Origin: an uncultured Actinomycetota bacterium
GTDB taxonomy: Bacteria; Actinomycetota; UBA4738; HRBIN12
Direction of reading: 5' to 3'
NCBI GenBank assembly: GCA_963762015.1
Contig: CAVXJL010000003.1
Coordinates: forward strand, 1,478 to 65,477
DNA length: 64,000 nt
Shown: piece after piece, positions 56,992 to 64,000 of the stretch
Position numbering within the stretch: position 1 is the stretch's first letter
Layout: the number at the start of each line of letters is the position of its first letter
Position numbers and translations under genes: made by a program
The notes under the pieces: model-generated
Databases searched by the model: none
Seen by the model: only the letters and a program-made list of their open reading frames with translations
Told to the model about the DNA's origin: nothing

Positions 56992-58587
56992 CTACTCGAC
57001 CTCGACCACGATCGTGTGAAGGCCGGTCGCGCCGTCCGGGAACGGCGCGGCGCGGTCGGCCGTCTGCGTCGCCCCTTCTCCGTCCGTCGCGCGGACCGAC
57101 AGCGTGTGTGAGCCGGGGGTCGCGTTCCACGGGAAGAGCCACAGACGCCATGTGTCGATGGTGTCCTCCGTCCCGAGTTCGGCCGGCTCCCAGGCCCCCT
57201 CGTCGACGCGAACCTCGACCCGCTCGATCCCTCGGTGCTGCGCCCAGGCCACGCCGGCCACCGCGACGCGACCGGTCGCGAGCCGCGCACCGGACGTCGG
57301 GGTGTCGATCCTCGACTGCGTCTTGATCGGCGCCTCTTTGGCCCACCCTCGCTGGACCCAGTACGCGTCGTAGGCGTCGAGCGTCGTGAGCTCGAGCTCG
57401 ACCAGCCACTTCATCGCGGACACGTAGCCGTAGAGACCGGGCACGATCATCCGAACCGGGAACCCGTGCTCGAGCGGCAGTGGCTCGCCGTTCATCGAGA
57501 CCGCGAGCATCGAGTCTCTGCCGTCCATCACGACGGCGGTCGGCGTGCCGATCGTGAAGCCGTCGGAGGAACGCGACACGATCTGCGTGGCCTCATCCGA
57601 GACGCCGGCTTCGCGCAGGAGATCCGCGAGGAGGGGACCGATCCAACGGGCGTTCCCGACGTAGGGTCCGCCGACCTCGTTCGAGACGCAGGCGATCGTG
57701 ACGTCGCGCTCGACGAGCGGTCGCTCGAGGAGCTCGTCGAAGCCGATCGAGATCTCGCGATCGACCATCCCGTGCACCCGGAGGGACCATGCCTCGGCGT
57801 CGATCGCGGGCACGAACAGCGAGGTATCGACGCGGTAGAACTCCGCGTTCGGCGTGAGGAACGGCTGGGCGCCCGGAACACCGAGGTCGGCACCTGCCGG
57901 AGGCGGCGGAGCGGGGTCGGTGGGCACGGGGATCGTCGCCGACGCTCGGGAGGCCGCCGCGCTCGCGCGGGTCGTGAGCAGCCGTCCGAGGCCTCCGGCG
58001 ACCGCGGTGATCCCGGCCGCCGCGATGCCTGCGCGCAGGAACCGCCGGCGGTCGTAGCCGCGTATCGCCGGCGAGGGCGACGGTTCGGGCTCGAGCACGG
58101 TCTCCGTGGGCATCCCGGCCGCCTGCCGGAGGAACCGGTAGGCGAGCACTCCGGCGACGGCACCTGCGATCGACGGAACCGCGTCGAGGAGATCGTTCGC
58201 GGGCCTGGTGAGAGCGGCGACCGCGCCGATCGCCCCGAAGACAACCGATGCGACGATCCCGAGGCGCGGCCGTCGCCACGAGGCAGCTCCCAGCGCCGCC
58301 GCCGCGATCGCGAGCACGAGACCGATCCCGATCAGGAGGGCGAGCTTGTCCTGCTCGCCGAACGTCCGGATCGCGAAGGATTTCAGCCACTCGGGAGTCG
58401 CGTCGACCGCGGCTCCACCGACGGCGACGATCGGTGAGGATCCGGGCCCGAACGCCGCGGCGAAGAGCTCGGCCGTCCCGAGTGCGACTCCTGCCGCGAG
58501 CACCCCGATCGCCGCGCCCACGGCGCGCATGCGAGCGGGCGCGCTCGTCGACGCCGGCTGATCTCCCACGTCCACCCGTGTGTCCAT
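56992..58587 (-). CDS. Molybdopterin-dependent oxidoreductase (sulfite-oxidase fold) fused to an N-terminal membrane domain
   Basis: 531-aa intact ORF. About 5 TM helices and a TAT-like RRRFLRAGIAAAG. Oxidoreductase_molybdopterin core (FYRVDT..LRVHGMVDRE..VTIACVSNEVGG..GFPVRMIVPGLYGYVSAMKWL) and an Ig-like dimerisation domain. Confidence 0.85.
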   Translation of the reverse strand: MDTRVDVGDQPASTSAPARMRAVGAAIGVLAAGVALGTAELFAAAFGPGSSPIVAVGGAAVDATPEWLKSFAIRTFGEQDKLALLIGIGLVLAIAAAALGAASWRRPRLGIVASVVFGAIGAVAALTRPANDLLDAVPSIAGAVAGVLAYRFLRQAAGMPTETVLEPEPSPSPAIRGYDRRRFLRAGIAAAGITAVAGGLGRLLTTRASAAASRASATIPVPTDPAPPPPAGADLGVPGAQPFLTPNAEFYRVDTSLFVPAIDAEAWSLRVHGMVDREISIGFDELLERPLVERDVTIACVSNEVGGPYVGNARWIGPLLADLLREAGVSDEATQIVSRSSDGFTIGTPTAVVMDGRDSMLAVSMNGEPLPLEHGFPVRMIVPGLYGYVSAMKWLVELELTTLDAYDAYWVQRGWAKEAPIKTQSRIDTPTSGARLATGRVAVAGVAWAQHRGIERVEVRVDEGAWEPAELGTEDTIDTWRLWLFPWNATPGSHTLSVRATDGEGATQTADRAAPFPDGATGLHTIVVEVE

Positions 58588-58725
58588 GCAGCTCCGACGT
58601 TACGACGGTTCGGGTCGAGAACCTCTCCGGGGTCGGGTCGGCATGGATCGTCTACCTCCGTTCCGGGATTGGCACAGCCGTGCCGGCGGATAGGCTTCCC
58701 GGGATCGACCCCCGAGGAGGTCCGG

Positions 58726-60291
58726 ATGTCCCGCCGCGTCGTTTCCCTCATCAGCGCGCTCGGTCTCGTGCTCCTGCTGTTCGTCCCGTCGGCCGAGGCG
58801 ACGCCGGTCACCGTAAAGGTGATGACCCTGAACATCTTCTACGGCGGCGACGAGTGGAACCTGCGCACGGGACAGTGGTGCAGGGACCGGGCGGGCTGTC
58901 CCGAGACCATGCAGCACGTCGTTTCCACGATCGAGGCTGCCGATCCCGACATCATCGGGTTCCAGGAGGGGACGGCGAACGAGTGCGTCATCGCCGACAT
59001 GCTCGGATGGTATTGCGAGCCCAGGCTCCAGCTGATCTCCCGATTCCCGTTGATCGATCCTCCCGGGGCGAACGGCGTGTACGCCTTGGCCGAAGTGACG
59101 TCCGGCCGGTTCGTCGCGATCTCCAACGTGCACCTTCCCTCGGATCCCTACGGTCCGTACTGGGTCCGTGACGGCGAGCCGCGCAGCGCGGTGCTCGACC
59201 TCGAGCGGTCGACGCGTCTGCCCGCGATCCAACGGCAGCTCGACGTCCTGCCCGGTCTGGCCGACGAGGGTGTTCCGGTGTTCCTGACCGGTGACTTCAA
59301 CTCCCCGTCACATCTCGACTGGACTCCGGCGGTGGACGCGGTCCGGGACGAGGTCCACTACCCCGTGGTCTGGCCCGTTTCCAAGGCCCTGGCGGACGCG
59401 GGGTTCCGAGATTCGTACCGCGAGGTGCATCCCGATCCCGTCGCGGTGCCCGGGTACACGTGGACCCCACCCGGCACCCTCGAGTCGGTGCCGGACGAGG
59501 TATTCGATCGGATCGACTGGGTGCTCGCGCAGGGCCCTGCAGAGACCCTCGACACTCGGCTGGTCGGCGAGGCCGGTGGACCCGATGTCGACATCGAGCG
59601 GGATCCGTACCCAACCGATCATCGCGGCGTCGTCTCGACGTTCCTCGTCAAGCCCGCCGATCCGGCGCCGTTCGCAGCGGTGGCGGCGCGTCGGGTCTTC
59701 GTGGGGGAGGACCTGGATGTTCGCGTCCACGGTCCAGGGGCACGGGTCGTGCTCGTGCCCGCCGGCCAGGGGCCGAGCGCATCCGTCGCCTCCCGATCGA
59801 CCGGCGGGGCGGCCGATGTCACGCTGACGTTCCCGACGGGCGCGATCGCTCGCGGCCCGCACGACGCGCTCCTGCTGAACGGCGCCGACGCGGTCCTGTC
59901 CCGGAGTCGCTTCTGGCTCTACCCGGCCGGAGCACCGCCCAGCATCCGGACGACGAAGACCGTCTACGAGGTGGGGGATCCGATCCGGGTCCGGTGGCGA
60001 GCCGCGCCCGGGTACCGCTTCGACTGGATGGGGGTGTTCTCGCCCGGACGCGGCCCGGCGCAGAACGCGGAGGACTGCAACGCTGGGGTCTGCGGGAACG
60101 GCCACTATCTCCTGTACGACTACACGGGGTCGTTGATCCAGGGATCGACGCTGATCGGACCGGCATCCTTCCCCGGGTATCGGACGTGGCCGCTGAAGGT
60201 CGGGACGTACGAGATCCGTCTCCTGATGGACGATGGGTATCGCCTCCTGGCGATCTCCAACTCCTTCAAGATCGTGCACGCCTCGGGGTAG
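58726..60291 (+). CDS. Secreted endonuclease/exonuclease/phosphatase (EEP) family protein with C-terminal beta-rich domains
   Basis: GAGGAGG upstream of ATG 58726, then a signal peptide. EEP motifs (VMTLNIFYG..DIIGFQE..FLTGDFNS..DRIDWVL..PTDHRGV). Confidence 0.8.
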   Translation: MSRRVVSLISALGLVLLLFVPSAEATPVTVKVMTLNIFYGGDEWNLRTGQWCRDRAGCPETMQHVVSTIEAADPDIIGFQEGTANECVIADMLGWYCEPRLQLISRFPLIDPPGANGVYALAEVTSGRFVAISNVHLPSDPYGPYWVRDGEPRSAVLDLERSTRLPAIQRQLDVLPGLADEGVPVFLTGDFNSPSHLDWTPAVDAVRDEVHYPVVWPVSKALADAGFRDSYREVHPDPVAVPGYTWTPPGTLESVPDEVFDRIDWVLAQGPAETLDTRLVGEAGGPDVDIERDPYPTDHRGVVSTFLVKPADPAPFAAVAARRVFVGEDLDVRVHGPGARVVLVPAGQGPSASVASRSTGGAADVTLTFPTGAIARGPHDALLLNGADAVLSRSRFWLYPAGAPPSIRTTKTVYEVGDPIRVRWRAAPGYRFDWMGVFSPGRGPAQNAEDCNAGVCGNGHYLLYDYTGSLIQGSTLIGPASFPGYRTWPLKVGTYEIRLLMDDGYRLLAISNSFKIVHASG

Positions 60292-60378
60292 GGATCGGGT
60301 GCGCCCTCCGGGTCGCTCGGTTGCCCGTTCGGCTCGAGCGCGGCCGCCGGGGCGGCGAGCGAGATACGGTGGTCTGAG

Positions 60379-61263
60379 ATGCCTCCCGCCCTGCTCATCG
60401 CGCTCGTCGTGGTCGCGCTCATCGTGGTCGCCTACGTCGCTGGTCTCAGGCCGGCGCCCGTTCGAGGGCGACGGCCGGCGAACGTCATCCTGCGCCGACG
60501 CTCCAAGTGGCGGAAGGTCCTGCCGATCATCCCGCTGCTGCTCGCCGTGGGATGTCTCGTCTTCGCCTTCACCGGCTTCCGTCTCAACGTGGAAGAGGCC
60601 TCCCCGGTGATCGTCCTCGTGATGGACGTCTCCGATTCGATGAACGCGACGGATGTCGCTCCGAACCGCCTCGAGGCGTCGGAAGCCGCCGCGGCCGCGT
60701 TCCTGGACGAGCTTCCATCGAAGTTCCTGGTCGGTCTCGTCACCTTCGCGGATGAGGCGCAGGTCGTCGTCGATCCCACGCAGATCCGCGGGGACGTCGT
60801 CGAGGCGCTGGAGCGTTTCACCACGACGAAGGGAACCGTGATCGGCGACGGGCTCACCGTGGCTCTCGATGAGATCGAGGACGTGCGCGACGAGGCACCG
60901 GACACCCCCGCCGCCGCGCTGCTCCTGTCCGACGGTCGCGATACCGGGAGCACCATCTCTCCCGAAGACGCCGCGGCACGAGCTGCGTCGATCGAAGTGC
61001 CGGTCTTCACGGTGGTCATCGGAGAGGTGGCCGAAGACGGAGGCCCCGGTGCCAACCTCGACGCGCTCGAGGCGATCGCGGACACCAGTGGTGGCAAGAC
61101 GTTCACCGCCGAGACGAGCGACGAGCTCACCACCATCTACTCGGACCTCGGCTCCGCGTTGTCCGTGGAGCTCGCCGTCGAGCCGTCGACGACCCCGTGG
61201 GTCATCGCGGCGATCGCCCTGACGATCCTGGCCGGCCTCATGCTCGTCTTCACACCACGCTGA
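60379..61263 (+). CDS. von Willebrand factor A domain membrane protein (BatA-like)
   Basis: N-terminal TM helices, MIDAS motif (VLVMDVSDSM), LVTFADEA, LLLSDGRDT and a C-terminal TM helix (VIAAIALTILAGLMLVF). Confidence 0.85.
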   Translation: MPPALLIALVVVALIVVAYVAGLRPAPVRGRRPANVILRRRSKWRKVLPIIPLLLAVGCLVFAFTGFRLNVEEASPVIVLVMDVSDSMNATDVAPNRLEASEAAAAAFLDELPSKFLVGLVTFADEAQVVVDPTQIRGDVVEALERFTTTKGTVIGDGLTVALDEIEDVRDEAPDTPAAALLLSDGRDTGSTISPEDAAARAASIEVPVFTVVIGEVAEDGGPGANLDALEAIADTSGGKTFTAETSDELTTIYSDLGSALSVELAVEPSTTPWVIAAIALTILAGLMLVFTPR

Positions 61264-61382
61264 TCTCCCGCCGCTCCGCGCGAGCGGTCGCCGCGCGTTC
61301 GCTCGTTTCTCGCGGTGACCGAGGCGTGGGACCTCCCCAGCTCGGGTACTCACCATCCGGAGGACGTGACCGGAGGACCTGG

Positions 61383-62408
61383 ATGCGGAACCTGAGGCTC
61401 GAACGCACGACGGCCGAGAGGCCTTCGCTTCCGCCCGCCCGTGGGCCGTTCAGCGCGGAGATCCTCGAGCTGCTCGCCGGCGGTCGCGCCGCGACCCACC
61501 GAGCACCGTCACCCCTGGATCCCCTGGGAGACGACGATCTGCACCTCGCGCTCTACCTCGCCTACGAGCTCCACTATCGCGGCCTGCCGGGGGTGCCCGA
61601 CGACGCGGAGTGGGAGCCGGCGATCCTCGGTGCCAGGCGGACGCTCGAGTCCACGTTCGAGGACGGACTTCGTCGCACGATCGGGCACCGAGAGGTGCAT
61701 CCCTCTGAGGTGGGCGACGCCCTTCGACGGATCGCCGCTCCGCCGGGGGACGATTCGCTGCCCGTGTTCCTCGAGCGGGAGGCGACCCTGGAGCAGGCAC
61801 GGGAGTTCCTCGTGCACCGTTCCGCGTATCAGCTGAAGGAGGCCGATCCACACTCGTGGGTGATCCCTCGGCTCACGGGAGTCGCCAAGACGACCGTGAT
61901 GGAGATCCAGTACGACGAGTACGGCAGCGGCGATCCCGCCTGGATGCACGCGGAGCTGTTCCGGAACACGATGATCGGGACCGGGCTCGACGGGTCGTAT
62001 GGGGCGTACGTCGAGTTCCTTCCCGGCCGGACGCTCGCGACCGTCAACCTGATCTCCCTATTCGGTCTCCACCGGCGCTGGCGCGGAGCGCTGATCGGGC
62101 ACCTCGCGGCGTTCGAGATGACGTCGACCTTGCCGAACCGCGCCTACGGGAACGCCTTCCGCCGCCTCGGATCCGATCCTGAGACGACACGCTTCTTCGA
62201 CGAGCACGTCGAAGCCGATTCGATCCACGAGGTGCTGGCATCCGACCTCGCGATCGGCGTCGCCTCGAGGGAGCCAGCCCTCGCGGCCGACGTCGTCTTC
62301 GGGGCGGAGGCGATGGACCTGCTCGAGGGTCGCTTCTCCGAGGGCCTGTTGCGATCGTGGCGCCGGGGCGAGACGACGCTCCTCAGGACCGACGACCAGT
62401 CGCCGTGA
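61383..62408 (+). CDS. Iron-containing redox enzyme family protein (heme-oxygenase-like diiron fold)
   Basis: GGAGGA upstream of ATG 61383. Helical protein with carboxylate/His pairs typical of the family (HRSAYQLKEADPHSW, MEIQYDEYGSG, HLAAFEMTS, FDEHVEADSIHE). Confidence 0.65.
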   Translation: MRNLRLERTTAERPSLPPARGPFSAEILELLAGGRAATHRAPSPLDPLGDDDLHLALYLAYELHYRGLPGVPDDAEWEPAILGARRTLESTFEDGLRRTIGHREVHPSEVGDALRRIAAPPGDDSLPVFLEREATLEQAREFLVHRSAYQLKEADPHSWVIPRLTGVAKTTVMEIQYDEYGSGDPAWMHAELFRNTMIGTGLDGSYGAYVEFLPGRTLATVNLISLFGLHRRWRGALIGHLAAFEMTSTLPNRAYGNAFRRLGSDPETTRFFDEHVEADSIHEVLASDLAIGVASREPALAADVVFGAEAMDLLEGRFSEGLLRSWRRGETTLLRTDDQSP

Positions 62409-63382
62409 CCGAAAGCCTCTCGTACGTGCTGCCACTCCGGACCCGTGCGGGAGATCTCGGGACGGACGAGCTCTCCCGCTACCTCGAGTGGCTCTCGGCG
62501 CGAACAGAGGTGATCGTCGTCGACGGCTCGGAGCCGATGCTGTTCCAGGCTCACCGCGAGCGATGGGGATCGTTCGTGACGCATGTCCCGCCCGACGACG
62601 ACATCCGTTCCGCGAACGGGAAGGTGCGAAGCGTTCTGACGGGCCTCCGGCTGGCCGAATACGAGCGCGTCGTCCTCGCCGACGATGACGTTCGCTACGA
62701 CGCCCGTTCCCTCGACCGGATGAGCCGGCTGCTCGGTCACGCCGACCTGGTTCGTCCTCAGAACTACTTCGACCCGCTCCCTTGGCACGCTCGGTGGGAT
62801 ACCGCCAGGATCCTCATCAACCGAGCGTTCGGCAACGACTATCCAGGAACGCTGGGGATACGACGTTCGTTCCTCCGGTCGGTCGGGGGCTACGACGGGG
62901 ACGTCCTGTTCGAGAACCTCGAGCTGATCCGGACCGTGAAGGCCGCGGGAGGCAGGGTGGTGGACGCGCCGTCGCTGTTCGTCCGACGACGGCCTCCGAC
63001 GCTCACCCGTTTCCTGGAGCAGCGTCCTCGGCAGGCGTACGACGACTGGGCGCAGCCGCCCCGTCTGGCAGCCTTCCTCGCCGCGGGGCCCGCCATGATC
63101 TTGTTCGCTCGGTTCCGACCGCGCGGGCTCGCCGTCGCCGCTGCGATCGCGGTGCTCGTGGCAAGCGTCGGCCGGTTCCGTCACGACGGTCGGCAGGTCT
63201 TCGATCGGGTGTCGCCGCTGCTGGCTCCCGTCTGGATCGTGGAGCGAGCCGGTCTCGCATGGGCGGCGGTGGGTCTGAGGCTCGCCCGCGGAGGCTGTCC
63301 CTACGGAGGCGAGGTCATCCGTCGAGCGGCGAATCCGCCTCGGGTGCTGAGGCGGAAGGTGTCCCCACGGCCCTCGGGCTGA
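62405..63382 (+). CDS. Family 2 glycosyltransferase with C-terminal membrane segments
   Basis: GTG 62405 overlaps the upstream TGA (GTGA). LSYVLPLR..VIVVDGS..VVLADDDVRYD (DxD motif) ..GGYDGDVLFENLEL.. followed by two hydrophobic helices. Confidence 0.75.
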   Translation: MTESLSYVLPLRTRAGDLGTDELSRYLEWLSARTEVIVVDGSEPMLFQAHRERWGSFVTHVPPDDDIRSANGKVRSVLTGLRLAEYERVVLADDDVRYDARSLDRMSRLLGHADLVRPQNYFDPLPWHARWDTARILINRAFGNDYPGTLGIRRSFLRSVGGYDGDVLFENLELIRTVKAAGGRVVDAPSLFVRRRPPTLTRFLEQRPRQAYDDWAQPPRLAAFLAAGPAMILFARFRPRGLAVAAAIAVLVASVGRFRHDGRQVFDRVSPLLAPVWIVERAGLAWAAVGLRLARGGCPYGGEVIRRAANPPRVLRRKVSPRPSG

Positions 63383-63602
63383 AGGGCACGATCTTGTGCG
63401 TGCCGTCGCAGAACGGCTGTCGCGCGGACCGGCCGCATCGGCAGATCGCATGCACCCGTCGCCGCGTGTGGATCTCTTCGCCGAGCTCGTCGACGAGTCG
63501 GATCGGACCTCGGACGAGCAGGGGGCCGTCGGCGGTCACACAGACGACCGAGACATCGTCCCGTGTCCTCACGATGCCCATTTCCGAGCGGCTGTTCGGC
63601 AT
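63315..63602 (-). CDS. CDGSH-type iron-sulfur domain protein
   Basis: CRCGRSARQPFCDGTH matches C-x-C-x2-[ST]-x3-P-x-C-D-G-[SAT]-H. Its 3' end overlaps the convergent GT2 gene by 68 nt, so the exact C-terminus is uncertain. Confidence 0.7.
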   Translation of the reverse strand: MPNSRSEMGIVRTRDDVSVVCVTADGPLLVRGPIRLVDELGEEIHTRRRVHAICRCGRSARQPFCDGTHKIVPFSPRAVGTPSASAPEADSPLDG

Positions 63603-63806
63603 GACGTCTCACCTCCCGGTGCGGGGCCGACCGCCTCTCCTCCATCGTTCCCAGGATGGGCCGCGTCTACCCACGTGAGCGGCGCACAGACCAGACTCGG
63701 CCGTTCGGGTGACGGTCTCGCCCCCCCGAGCGGGTGACCGTTCGACCGATTGACGCGAACCCCACGCAGCCTCACGCTCGCGATATCCCCTGGGAAGGAG
63801 GGTTCC

Positions 63807-64000
63807 CTGAAGACGCGCCGCATCTTGATCGGCCTCATCGTGCTGACCGTGCTGGTCGCACCGCTCGCGCCGGCCGGCGCCGCCTCACGATCCGACGACG
63901 GTGCGTCCCAGGGTGGTCGTCTGGCCGATACCGACCGTGACCGTCTCGACGACGTCCTCGAGCGACGCATGCGGCGGGCAGATCACGGTCGCCGGCTCTC
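63807..64000 (+). CDS. Secreted protein, N-terminal fragment (continues off the right edge)
   Basis: AGGAGGG at 63796..63802, then an open frame encoding LKTRRILIGLIVLTVLVAPLAPAGAAS (signal peptide). Only a CTG is available at 63807, so the start codon is uncertain. Confidence 0.35.
   Translation, partial: MKTRRILIGLIVLTVLVAPLAPAGAASRSDDGASQGGRLADTDRDRLDDVLERRMRRADHGRRL

Noticed and set aside
1-64000. Defence systems, prophage, transposases, integrases, toxin-antitoxin pairs and rRNA
   Set aside because: No ORF in any frame shows the corresponding signatures (DDE/HUH transposase, tyrosine or serine recombinase, Cas, restriction-modification, or capsid/terminase). Apart from the single tRNA, no structured-RNA genes were detected by eye.

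Overview
This is a very high-G+C, strongly GC3-biased chromosomal segment that looks actinobacterial: F420/LLM enzyme, Ku, ECF sigma, DinB, GTG starts, and ATGA/GTGA coupled genes. It is densely coding on both strands, with about 60 genes and one tRNA-Arg(CCT). I saw no CRISPR array, rRNA, transposase, integrase or recognisable defence system. Most very long ORFs in the track are antisense shadow ORFs, which are typical of high-GC DNA.

Real content, left to right:
- a reductive pyrimidine-catabolism cluster
- two paralogous FN3-like membrane proteins
- glutamate dehydrogenase
- cupredoxin lipoproteins
- an ACAD-fold / PhnD-like / TusA-diiron cluster
- two sensor kinases and two REC-EAL regulators, one of them degenerate
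- STAS and RTX-like proteins
- a membrane spermidine-synthase-like protein
- a tRNA-linked low-GC islet
- a PQQ sugar dehydrogenase
- an ABC-2 exporter
- a tandem pair of SulP-STAS-cNMP transporters
- Ku
- an ECF sigma / anti-sigma / M15 peptidase operon
- an OmpR-type two-component system with a PepSY protein
- a Mo-oxidoreductase
- a heme-oxygenase-like diiron enzyme coupled to a GT2, with a convergent CDGSH protein

The most striking sequence-level signal is about 25 reading-frame breaks spread over about 14 genes. They are concentrated at 10.3-24.2 kb, while stretches of 8-11 kb elsewhere are completely intact. I cannot tell from sequence alone whether this is real gene decay or local indel error in the assembly. 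No single obviously novel system stands out; the best candidates for follow-up are listed in the findings.
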